A DNA stretch of 62,110 nt, counting the filler, from Basidioascus undulatus (lineage: Eukaryota), in NCBI GenBank assembly GCA_000826855.1. It is 8 parts of 8 records of this genome, joined end to end, with 100 filler letters (N's around TTAATTAATTAA, not from the genome) between each part and the next. Parts side by side here need not be neighbours in the genome. Positions count along the whole stretch, not along the records: positions 1 to 25,515 come from JTLS01000213.1; positions 25,616 to 34,486 come from JTLS01002134.1; positions 34,587 to 39,098 come from JTLS01002135.1; 5 more parts are not named here. One strand, 5' to 3'. Each line of letters begins with the position of its first letter. Within the stretch, counting starts at the first letter, position 1. This document shows, one piece after another, positions 24,379 to 34,942 of this stretch. The position numbers and the translations under genes were made by a program. The notes under the pieces were generated by a model. The model worked only from the letters and a program-made list of their open reading frames with translations. It was not told where the DNA came from and did not search any database.

Positions 24379-25498
24379 TTACTCGGCCTGCACCTCCTCC
24401 TTCGGCTTGAGGACGAGCTCCTCGCTCTTGATCCGGCGCCAGACGTCCTTGACCTTTCGACGCGGGGACCAAGCAGTTCAGCCAAGTCAATCAGAAAGAG
24501 AGGGGGAGGGGGTAGGAGAGAAGCGGTGGAAAACGCACATCGTCAACGACAGTCTCAAAGTGGCTCGTCGCGTCGAACGAGCGCGTGATGAACACGTTGT
24601 CGTCGCGGCCGTCCGAGGTGGGGGTGTAGAGGGGCGCGACGGTGACGAACCTGATTACACAAAACCAGGGAGTCAGTATCGTACTAAGAAGAGTGAAAAG
24701 TAAAGGAAAAGGAGAGAAACGACATCGGAGTGGGAGGGGGAGTGGGAGGGGCCACGGGACGGACTTTTCGTAGATGGGGCCGAGGAGGTCGAGGCCGGGC
24801 TTGAGCTCCAGCTCGGGCGTGGACGTCTCGACGATGGTGGACACGATGGCGACGTAGATGTCCTTGGCGCAGACGTTGTGTGCTGAGGAGACCTCGGCGA
24901 TGTAAATGTCTGTCCGACGCCACCGCGGGTCAGTCCGGGCGTCCTTCCGGGAAAGAAGTATGGGGTTCGAGGAAGAATAAGAAAATAGTAAAGAGGAAGG
25001 AGGAAAGATGAACTAGGAAAGAGTAAGGAGTAAGGAGGAAGAAGGAGCGAGGAAAGCGGCGCACCGTTCTTGCGGCCGACCTGGTTCTGGGGGATGATGA
25101 TCTGGGCGGAGTCGGAGTTGTCCGTGTTGGGGATCGGGTGCTTGAGGAGGCAAATAGCGCGGACGACCTTCCCCTCCTCGACCGTGCGGACCTTACCTCC
25201 CTCCGCGCCCGCAGAAGGCTGGAAGTAGCTCGGGTCGCCGATGACGCGCTTGGCCTTGACGGTCTCCTCACCGCTGCGCACGCCGACGAACTTGCCGTCC
25301 TCGCCATAGACGATCTCGTCCACGGACTTGTCGAGCATGTACGTCCCGCCGTAGATCGCGGAGAGGCGCGCGAACGCCTGCGGGAGCTCGCCCAGCCCGT
25401 AGAGCGGGTAGATGTAGGGGGACTTGCCGTACCGCGCCATCGAGGACGTGTAGAGGATGATCCGGTCGTACGTCGCACGCGCGGGCTTGTTCTTGTAC
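24379..25498 (-). CDS. GDI1: Rab GDP-dissociation inhibitor, 3' exons only (5' part lost at contig end)
   Basis: [80 protein letters not shown]; stop TAA at 24379-24381. Confidence 0.96.
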
Positions 25499-25515
25499 CT
25501 GCGGGCCGGGGGGGG

Positions 25516-25615
25516 NNNNNNNNNNNNNNNNNNNNNNNNNNNNNNNNNNNNNNNNNNNNTTAATTAATTAANNNNNNNNNNNNNNNNNNNNNNNNNNNNN
25601 NNNNNNNNNNNNNNN
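25516..25615. other. Artificial contig spacer (44 N + TTAATTAATTAA + 44 N)
   Basis: Identical 100-bp six-frame-stop linker seen 7 times in the window. Confidence 0.98.
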
Positions 25616-28579
25616 GGCTGATGCTCGCTGGGTGTGACTGCGCTATGGCTGTGTGCCGAGTTGTGGTCAGCTGAGTCGAGCGCGCGACATTCACAATGTT
25701 TACAGCTGTGCTCGCCTCTCCCGAACAATGCGCCCCAACCTCCTCCACACCCTCTCGACCATACTCTTGGGGGTCCTCGGCAAAACCACCTCCCCCTCCT
25801 CTGCTTCCGCCCAAGGCGATGTCACGGACACGCTCTCCGTGCTCCCGATTGAGGAGCTCACGGACGTAGTTGAGAATTTGGTGGAGGAACTCGGGCTGCC
25901 CCTCGGAGCTGGCGGCCGGCGCCTGTACCACTATGCCATATTCCAGAAGCGTTTTCGGGATAAAGGTCCGGTCAGTTTGATGGTTTTTGCGCGGAACGCT
26001 TGCCGCATCTTTCCATCCGCACTCCCGTAGAGTTTGAGGATATCCTATTAAGCGCGCCCAGTCAAGTCAGCTCAACCTTGGCAAGAAGCAAGACCATTGG
26101 TGAAGGGGGGAAAACGTGTCGGCTTACGTCCTTGAAAGCGTCGATTATCATCCAAACTGGGGAAAAGGTTCTGCCTTCGTAGATCATGTAGATCGAGTAT
26201 CGAACTTGGCGAGCATCTTCTCGACGGACATGTTGAGCGAGCACCACTCGGTAGCGAGAATGTAAGAGTAAGAGACCGCCGTGGTCTCGTTCTCCGCACC
26301 GGGATGCAGGCCGAACTTGATCGCCTGCTCACGGACTTGGGATACTCCGTCAAATTGCCGAACGAGTGACGGTGCATCGCCGCCGTCTCGCCGCGAGCCA
26401 CGGCAGCGTTCATCGCGTCTCTAAGCTCTTCGCCGAGTTGAGAGTAGACGAGCTGGTAATGAAGGTCGACGACAGTCACAAGATCACCGAGTTGATCCTT
26501 TCAAGTTTGATGTCCCGTTTGAGCATGTGGGACGTCTAGAGAGTATGGGAGCACGATGAAAGCAGAAGAGAAGAGACAGCTCGCACAGAAGTTGCTTGGT
26601 CCAACTTGCGCTTCTCGGACGGCGTGCGCGTCTGTAAGGGATGAAAACGCGTGAGCAACTGCGATTCAAGAGTAATGCAAACGAACCAGAAGGCGATGGA
26701 GATCTCAGAAGAAGTGATTGCCGGCAGCTTAACCAGAATCCATTTTGCGATGCAGTGTTCGACCGCTGTACTCTTGCAGGTGCGGAGATGCTTGAGGAGG
26801 TTCCGCTTGCCAACGGGCACATGGTGCTTTTCGGAATCCTACGCAGCAATGCGCATGTGTTAGCTTGACGGACTTCGCATGGACAGTATCACATCCTCAC
26901 CCAGCTGAAAGTGTAATACTCTCTGAAGTACCGGTTGTTGGCGATGATTTTGAACTGCGCGTTCTGCGCGAGGAACTCGTACTGCCGAAGGTGATGCCGA
27001 AACATGACGATCTGCTGAGGATAGAAAGCGGATTGTTTAGCTGTGTATACCCTCATTCTCTCCTCCCTAAGTCGATCAACATCCTTCATTACGCGAGCAC
27101 TCTGCTTAGAGAACTCGCCTGCCAGAGAAGGTCCGAGTCGCGCCTCGCTGCGCGCGCGATGGCCGATGGCGTCTTGATCCCCGAGGCGTTGAAGCGGCCG
27201 TAAAGGTCGAGCGCCGAGGACCAGACTAGATGTCCCCTTTAAGCGCAGGTCCTGGCAGAGTGCTCGAGAAATCTAGAGAGAAATGTCGCCCTCTCCAGGC
27301 CCGCCGTCGTCATCCGGACTCGAACCGTAGTCGCTGCGCGCCCTCAAAGCTGTCCTCGTCCGCGTCCGCATCCGCATCGGAGTGGGTGCGGTCCAGGCTG
27401 TACTCGTAGATGAACTCGTTAAGGTATCTCCTGCAATCGTTCTCCAGGTAGTCCTGGTGTTTAAAGAGGGATATCACGTTTCGCTGGACGTCACGGGCCT
27501 CGCGGTGGGAGATGTGCTCACTGGCGCTTCCAGGGCGTCCTGTGCCTCGGCGCCTAGCGTAGAGATGCGCTCAAAGAGCATATCGAAAACGCTATAAGGG
27601 TGTACAGAGGGAGATGATATAAGAGCGGTTAGTCAATCTCGAAACATGACGAGGAGAGAGGAAGGACGGAAGTCAGGAAAGAAGACGCTCAAGTCCTTCC
27701 TCGTTCACATATCATCCAGGTCGTCTGCCAGACGGTCCTACAGATTCCGAGATGGCATCAGCTGTGCTATTTCAGTGGTAGAAATACAGTTTACGCGACT
27801 TACCAGCTCTGCCCAAGCTGTCTTTTTCGCATTGGCAAGATCGAACTGCGGCCACGAGTGGCCGGCCAACAGCTTGTCTGAATGCCCATGCAGGTATCGC
27901 GTAAGATGCATGGACTGACTGAGCGGACATAATATAAAAGTACGTACTCATCGTCCTTGCCAAGAACTCCTCGGTCGACTCCCCGCGCTTGCGGACGGGT
28001 GCGGTACGCAGCCCATCCTCCTTCTCCTTCTTGAGCCCGGCCTGCTCCACCTCGGCGAAGAAGACCGTGGTCGAGTACCACTGCACTATAAGTCCGAAGG
28101 CCACCGGCAAAACGTTCAGAGATTTCTGTTCGAGGTGCGCATGAACAAACGGAAGTCAGCGTACCAACCGGAACCAGGACCAAGTGAAGGCAAGAGGGGA
28201 TCATGAGGACGTACGGCGAGCGGTTCTCGTCAGATGGAGGGTCGTGGCGGATGACATGCAGACGATCATTGCCGGGGCCGGGACCGAACTCGGCGATGAC
28301 CCTGGAAATAAAGAAAGTCGGCTGCCTTCCGCAGCGCAGAGGAAGCGAGAAGGCCGGTCATCATCGCGCGCACCATTTTTCGAACAGGTCTTTGTTCTGC
28401 AACTGAGCTCTACCGACCGCCTCAACAATGTGGATAGCACCGTTGCTTTCATACGGGTTCTTCACCCAGTCCGCAGCTCTTTGCAGTGCGGAAAAGGACA
28501 GACGCTCGGAGGCGAATGAGCGGAACCATTCAGCGGAGCAAGGTGGGCAGGGGCAAACGCACTTCTTTTTCGGGGGCAT
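25616..28579 (-). pseudogene. Decayed multi-exon orphan gene starting MPPKKK
   Basis: Chain of protein-like exons bounded by GT..AG introns (e.g. VIAEFGPGPGNDRLHVIRHD, WYSTTVFFAEVEQAG, KLLAGHSWPQFDLANAKKTAWAEL, DYLENDCRRYLNEFIYEY, FRHHLRQYEFLAQNAQFK). In-frame stops at about 27705, 27273 and 26501, plus frameshifts. Confidence 0.6.
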
Positions 28580-29341
28580 CTTGACCTTTCATACTCATAA
28601 AGGATAAAGCAGGGTTCCATACTATGTTTCGCGCTAAAGCGAGTTGAAAGCAAAGTGCAAGGGTGATGTACCCAAAAAGGCTGAACGTCGCTCAGGTTGT
28701 ATGCATGCAAGGATTATGTGGCTCCATGGACTGCTCCGCGAGTTACCGTCTTTACAGCGGACGTCGCATTGCGAATTCCTCAGATGCCTCTTAAAAGATC
28801 ATTCTAGACAGGTACATTTGTTTTTGACCGTGGGACTGAGCCAGTGAGCCAGCGGTCACTGCTGCCTTGTGCGGAAGCTGCCTGGGCTGTTGCACGTACA
28901 CTCCTTCTCAGCTCAGTTTCGTTCTTCGACCAGGAACGAAGGTATACGATTGAGTCCCAAGGTTTTCGGAGATATCTCACCTAAAAGGACTAGACAAGCC
29001 CAAGTAAAGAGAGTGGGATGTACTACCAATCCATCTGCCTGGAACTAAGCGTGAGTGTGAGTGTGAGTCTGCGGAAGTGGGATCCTGGGGAGTGAGCCAA
29101 AGTTAAAGTGGAGAGGATGAAACTCATCGGAGTGTCCGACAAAGAGAATGATATTCTGAGCCCGGTGACTCCTCACAGAGCACAGCGGAACCGGCCGTTG
29201 AAAGGGCAAAAGGTCAGCACTGCAGCAGTCAGCGCTTAGCCTGCTTCCTTAGGAACAACCTCTAGTTCCCCAAGGTTGCCCCTCAATGGGTCTCACCAGA
29301 CCTTGAACAACCCTGGGTCGCAAGATGTTCCACTGTTGCAT

Positions 29342-29423
29342 GTCAGTGTAGTATAACGGTGAGTACATGTCGTTGTGGTTCACTAAGCCCGACAAGATGG
29401 CGGTTCGATTCCGCCCACCGACA
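29342..29423 (+). tRNA. tRNA-His(GTG) with a 10-nt intron after position 37
   Basis: Cloverleaf: acceptor GTCAGTG/CACCGAC (A4:C69 mismatch), D stem GTAT/GTAC, anticodon stem TGTCG/CGACA, loop TT-GTG-G[ttcactaagc]C, T arm GGCGG-TTCGATT-CCGCC, discriminator A, T5 terminator at 29430-29434. Confidence 0.88.
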
Positions 29424-30567
29424 TAAGTGTTTTTGTGTTATTGTCGGACCTCAAGAAGCGGTCTCTTTGGGCAAGCAACGCAGGCAGTCGGCTGTGTCAT
29501 CATGTCCGGCTCAGTCTGCACAGAGTACGTGGGCATTGAAGACTGGCAACGTCGAAGACGTCGTGCAGCATCGCTCTGAGATGAACAGAAGACAAAACGC
29601 ACAGTCCCAAAGGAACTCCTACAAGGTTCGGGAAGTCTGTAGTCAGGCAACATGTCCATACAGAGCGCAGTACTGGACAAGTTTTGATGGCTTAACATAG
29701 CGTCTCGCGTGTGCCCTTGCCGCATCCCTCAAACTCTGACTGTCTGGCCATAGACTAATTCTTTGAGTACTATGGGTTTGGAATCGTCTACGAACTTAAA
29801 AATGTTCGCTCTGACACTCTCAGACAACCGGTTTCTTGCCTCCAACACAAATTGCGGTGCCATTATACCATGCCATCCATTCCCTGTGTTGCCTTTCCGC
29901 CTGATCCAAGATGCTTCTCTTGGAATTGATGAATTCTTGGACTTCTGGGAAAGATCTTGAGCGCATGAATTCCCCCCCCCCCCAGTCCAGCTTTCGTGCA
30001 ATGTGCTGCGGCACACAGCGTTTCGCGAATTGCCCATTACATCAAGCCGGCTCTGCAACATAAGCATGATGTGAGCAGCTCAGGAAGCAGCAATTGACAC
30101 CCCAATTTCGTGCATGCTTATGAGGTGTACATTCGGGTTCTATCAATTCGTGTGCTGGCGAAGTCGGAATGTATTAAGCCGTTAGCCATTAGTGAATACA
30201 CACCATCTCAGTTGCAATGATCAGCAGTCACTCTGAATAAGCATTAACTCCCATATGCTCTCCAAATGTAACACTCCTGAACCTCTAGCGCCTGAATTAC
30301 CTGGGGCGGATTACTGGAATGTCAGCTTTGAGCTCTGCTGCCTGCCCGCATGACCCAGCGCAATTTTGCCTCTCGCCTCGTGTGCCACGTGCTTGCTGCA
30401 TTTCCGTGCCATGATCTGTTCCTGCAGATATCTCGAAGAAACAGACAGAATCAAGAAGGCCTTCCACAGGAGAGAACATAACTGAGTGATGGGTATGGTG
30501 CATCCCAACCCGTCTCTCCCTCCAACTCTCGGCGGCTGATGCAGACTGGGGGTTGGGTTGGATGCAG

Positions 30568-30942
30568 ACTACACGATCAAGGAGCTCGCCCTGTACGACT
30601 TGCCTGCGCTCGTGGACTACGTCCGGAAGACGACGGGATACGACAAGGTGCGCTCCTGTTCCCTCTCCCCATTATCCCTTTCCCCGGCTCTCCCCTCACC
30701 TCGTCTCCTTCCCCTCGCAGATCGGCTTCATCGGCCACTCGCAAGGCAACGGCCTAGCCTTCATCTCGCTCTCGCTGGGCATGCGCCCCGAGCTCGGCGA
30801 GAAGCTCTCTGTCTTCGTCGCGCTGGCGCCCGCCGTCTTTGCCGGCCCGCTCACGACCGGCTTCCCCTTCACCACGCTCGGGCGGATGGAGTGGAAGACG
30901 TGGAGGAGGGTGTTTGGCGTACTCGACTTTATTCCGATTATG
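30568..30942 (+). pseudogene. Isolated two-exon fragment of an AB-hydrolase acid lipase/sterol esterase (Tgl1/Yeh-like)
   Basis: DYTIKELALYDLPALVDYV...IGFIGHSQGNG...VFVALAPAVFAG with the GHSQG nucleophile elbow. Intron 30648-30720. Intact splice sites on both sides but no further lipase exons up- or downstream. Confidence 0.85.
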
Positions 30943-31246
30943 GTGCGTTGCGGAGGGGAGGGAGGGGGAGGAAATAGACGCGCCCGGCTGGGGTGGTTTC
31001 TGTGGAGGAATTACTGCGAATTTCTGCTCGTGCTCGTGTTGCGCGCGTTGGAGTTTGCGGTTCCCTGCCCACAATCCGCGGCGCTTCCATCGTCTCTCCT
31101 CCTCCAGCATTCAGATGCCTCGGTTCAAGTTTCGGTCGATGCGCTGCTCGCCGACGAGAGCTCCTAGAGCATTGGCAATCTCGAAGAAGGGCATTTTCGG
31201 GCGTTGAATCTTCGGTACTCGGCGTCGCGGTGGGTTCTTGACAGAT

Positions 31247-32113
31247 CTGCGGTGGATAAACACAAGACTGACAGCTCCGGAGAGCCACCCAGCCCTGAGA
31301 AAGCGCAAGAAGAGACAGTAGATATTTCTTGCTGCTTGATGCTTGATGCTTGATGCTTGATGCAGAATTGTGGCTGGGACTGGACCTAATTGGAATAGCG
31401 AGCGGACTGCGGGGTGGGTGAGTTGCACAAACATGCGTGACAGCTCCGTAGAGCGACGGCAACCCGGAGGAAGCACGCGATTCGGAGAGAAGGCGTTGCT
31501 TGGTCTTGAACCTGAGTCTTGAGTTCCGAGTCCTCAGTCTTCAGCGAAGGGGCTGTGAAGTGATCTACGGAGAGTAAAGGTTTCTGTGTTGTTCAGGCTG
31601 TGCGGCAAGCGGAAACCATGAGGAAGCGCGAGCTGGAGCTACTACGTACTTGGTCTTGAGTCTTCATGCTGATTCTTTCGTGCGTGTGATGCCTAAAGGT
31701 AGGCTATGGGGCTCTGCACATGGGCATGGTCAGTCCACAGACACGCTGTTCGAAAGCTCTGTGGAGCAGCATCGGCAACCCGGAGGAAACGCGAGCTGGA
31801 TATGCCCTTCGTACTTGACTCTGATCCTTCATTCCTGGGTAGGGTGACGCCGAGATCGGTAGGCAATCGGGAGGTCTGAACGGGGGTTGGGTGAGTGGCC
31901 AAACACGCTGTCGGACGACGACAGCTTCGTAGAGCAACGGCAAACCTGAGGGACCGCTAGAAAGAGAAGAGGTCGCTGTTGAGAATTGATGGAGATTGAT
32001 TATTGCGTGTGACGGAGACGAGCGAACTATGGGGGTGGGTGAGTGGGACAGAACGCGAGACGACAGCTCCGTAGAGCAGCGACAACCCGGAGGAAGCGCG
32101 AAGAAGTCAGTGC
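31247..32113 (-). repeat. Degenerate tandem array of six ~155-bp exon+intron-like units with a conserved intronic core
   Basis: Minus-strand core (C)GCGCTTCCTCCGGGTTGCCG..GCTCTACGGAGCTGTC recurs six times, each followed by a C-rich tract and YAG. Four units have a CTCAC/CTGAC branch site. YAG positions 32027, 31876, 31714, 31565, 31407, 31247 (spacing 151, 162, 149, 158, 160). Confidence 0.8.
31333..31363. repeat. Heptamer microsatellite (TGCTTGA)4
   Basis: Four perfect copies plus TGC. Confidence 0.9.
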
Positions 32114-33606
32114 TCCGCAGAAGTCAGTGCTCCCCAGAGCGCGAAGGTCCTGAGCCTTGCGTCGGCGGAAGGGAAAGGTACGGGCGCTTCAGGGGGAAGA
32201 CAAAGAGAGAGGGAGGGGCAGGGCGAAGGGTGAGTGGCGAGTAGCGAGGCGCGGCGGAAGAGGAGGTGGGCTGGAATGTTGATACTGTGTCCGTCTGACT
32301 GACTTGATTGACTGACCCCAAGCTTATCCCTAGGTAGTTGGTAGTTTGGTTTTTTGTGAGGATTGAGACGGAACTGAAGGAAAACTATGGTGGAAAGGTC
32401 GACGGTTAACGGTAACGCAGTTGGGATGGTAGCAGAGGAACATGTGAGAGAAGAGCGCTCGGGACGCCTGCTCTCTTCCTCTTTCACCCCGGACCCGCTT
32501 CTTCGGCAATCTCAGATATAATGAACCAGGCTGTAGCTACACCGTGCGCAACTGCTTTAGGGAAAAGAGAAAGCGCCGCGTTCTTTCCGTCCCACGTCCC
32601 TTTACAGTCCTCGGCCATGCAAACGCAACCTTCTCGCACTTGTTTAGAGTCTTGTTTTATGTATATTGTAGATTAATGTATTTTATTGTGAAAGTACATC
32701 ACACAAATATTTAGTGGCTCTCCCGTCGCGCGGGCGCAGTTCACCAGGGAGACGAAGTCGAGCGCGGGCGGGGGGAGTCGATCGAACCGTCGGTCGAGGG
32801 CACAAGGGCGATAGCAAGATCCGCATTGCGAGTGCCGTACGTCCTGAAGGATCGAACGTCAAGCCGACGGCTCTGAATACGGTGCCGACGGCAGAGGTGC
32901 AATTCGCGTCGAGCGGCGGGGCGTGCTGGGGCGAGGCGAAGTGTGGAAGGCTGCATTGTTGGTGCATCCAGCCTCACACAGCATTGCCGGTTCCTTAGAG
33001 TTGTACGACCAGCGCGATGGGAGCGGGTAAGGTCGAGTGAAGCGCAGGCAGGGAACGCGGTGATGGTGCGCGATCCAGCGTGCGGAACTGCTCAGCTTTA
33101 GTGACAGACTGTTTGTCCTCTGCAATCATATACAGACGGACTGCGTGTGCGGCCATGCGTCCCTTGGTATATGGCGTCAAGAGCAATCGATACGAGAGTG
33201 AAGAGGGCCAAGCGGATGGCGGCGAAGAGGTTGGCTGGACGTCCCCGCAGCATGTGGAGCGATCGAAGCGGCCTATCGAATTGAATCGATGAGCAGATGA
33301 GTTCGAGCAGTGGGGATGAACCCTAAGAATGTAGTGTGAAGTGTAAGGAGAGCAAGAAGCCTCGAAGAGGGTTGGCGCCCAGAGGTCACGATCGAGGTTC
33401 GAGCGGGAGGTGAGGGGGTGTAAGTGGGCCGATTCCCCGACTAGCGGGGAGGCCATGCCCTATTGCGCTCCCTGTGTCCTGCCACCGCCTTCAGAGGCTC
33501 ACCCACTGTGAAGCGATGGTATAATGCACGGCACAGCGGCGCATGAGATCGTCCCCCGTCCCCTTCTCGCCCACCTACCCCCACCTCTCCTCCGGCTCCG
33601 AATATC

Positions 33607-34178
33607 TCAACCCAAGAAGCTGAACACGCAGAAGTGTAGGACGAGCGATCCGAACGCGTAATCTGCGAATGCTCTGCGGGGAACAGCAGTATACGGGGGT
33701 CAGGGAGAAGGGACGAGGAGGAAGATGTGGGGAGACTGATGTGAGGTGAGGGGGAAGAGCAAGAGGGGAGACTCACCGTTCAGGGGTGACGGCCGGGAAC
33801 TCTCCCTTGTTCTCCGGGTTGACCTGGCTGCGCAGCCCGGCAGTGAGGACGAACTGCCCGATGTTGCTTGCAAACCTGTTTCTCCCCATCCATCCAACCC
33901 ATCACCTCTCTCACTTCAGCAGCCCTCCTGTCAGCCCTTCCCCGTTCTCTCTCAACGCACCCGGCAAGGAAAGCGTTAAAGGGATAGTTAGACACCAGCA
34001 CGCAGTACGCGAACTGGAGGACCCCGCCGAGGCAGAGGAAGGCGAGGAAGGCGTCGATGAGCTTGAGCCGTGCGGGGGTGCGCGACTGGTAGGACTGCAC
34101 GAGGGTGCGGAGGGCGGAGGAGGCGGTGGAGACGGTCGCAGCCGCGGTGGAGGAGGAGGGGGATTTGGAGGAGGCCAT
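33607..34178 (-). CDS. OST2: Oligosaccharyltransferase epsilon subunit Ost2/DAD1, 3 exons
   Basis: TPARLKLIDAFLAFLCLGGVLQFAYCVLVSNYPFNAFLAG / FASNIGQFVLTAGLRSQVNPEN...VTPER / AFADYAFGSLVLHFCVFSFLG*. Confidence 0.95.
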
Positions 34179-34385
34179 TGTGGGGAGGGGCAGATGGGAT
34201 GAGGGGAAGACGCAAGCTGGGCTGCGGGCGACAGCGAAGTCGAGTGCAGCGACGGCGGCATCGGCCCGCCGGCACAGCGCGTCATTCGCGCCGTCCTCGA
34301 GTTGCCTTCCTTCCTTCAGACCATCTTGCTCTTCACCCCCATTCACATCTCAAAATCATACTGAATCCCAATCACATCTCCGCCT

Positions 34386-34444
34386 ATGGTAGAAGCCACC
34401 TCAGCCGGTCCCCTCTCCGGCCTGATCATCCTCTCTTCATCCGG
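34386..34444 (+). CDS. Probable first exon of a gene divergent from OST2, truncated by spacer; possibly a longin-fold adaptor mu subunit
   Basis: MVEATSAGPLSGLIILSSSG then donor GTGCGT at 34445. GLIILxxxG resembles AP-3 mu N-termini (weak). Confidence 0.35.
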
Positions 34445-34486
34445 GTGCGTGCATAGGAGCGCTGACTGACGTTAGCGCTTTGCTGG

Positions 34487-34586
34487 NNNNNNNNNNNNNN
34501 NNNNNNNNNNNNNNNNNNNNNNNNNNNNNNTTAATTAATTAANNNNNNNNNNNNNNNNNNNNNNNNNNNNNNNNNNNNNNNNNNNN
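34487..34586. other. Artificial contig spacer
   Basis: 44 N + TTAATTAATTAA + 44 N. Confidence 0.98.
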
Positions 34587-34700
34587 TGGGGGTTGGGGCT
34601 GGGACTGGGGGGAGGCGGAGGCAGGGGAGGTGGTGGAGAGAAAGCGGACTATAGGCTGAGTGCGGGTAAGGGCCGCTAGTTGGCGCGTGAGAGGGCGCAT
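34587..34700 (-). CDS. 5' end of a gene encoding a protein with a mitochondrial presequence, truncated by spacer
   Basis: MRPLTRQLAALTRTQPIVRFLSTTSP: Arg/Leu/Thr-rich, no acidic residues, R-x-L-S-T-T cleavage-like motif. Head-to-head with SUI2. Confidence 0.55.
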
Positions 34701-34942
34701 GCTGGGCGGAGAGAGTGTAGCAAGGAGGAGCAGGAGAAGGACGAAGCGAGAAGGCGCAGGTCCGGGCAAGGGTGGTGGCCAGAATCCACCGAATGCCGAT
34801 AGTGAGTCTCGGGCCGATAGAGCGTCTTCTCCCAGAGGCGACGTCGTGACTTGGGCGTCGTTTTTGTCCGCGTCCTCCATCCCGCTCGCTCGTTCCATCT
34901 CCATCGCCACCCCCTCCCTTTCCCCTCCCACACACGCTCAAA

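Noticed and set aside
25560..25571. TTAATTAATTAA as a biological motif (e.g. piggyBac TTAA site)
   Set aside because: Always centred in N runs with identical geometry; it is a synthetic linker.
31247..32113. CRISPR array (repeat-spacer periodicity)
   Set aside because: Eukaryotic context, repeats too degenerate and long, spacers partly homologous to each other, no cas genes.
31247..32113. Repeated lipopeptide pheromone precursor or other repeat protein
   Set aside because: No continuous ORF through the units in the supplied six-frame track, no repeated CAAX-terminated peptide, and unit lengths do not preserve frame.
32683..33456. Possible small minus-strand gene downstream of OST2
   Set aside because: Several overlapping short ORFs with no consistent splice model or motif.
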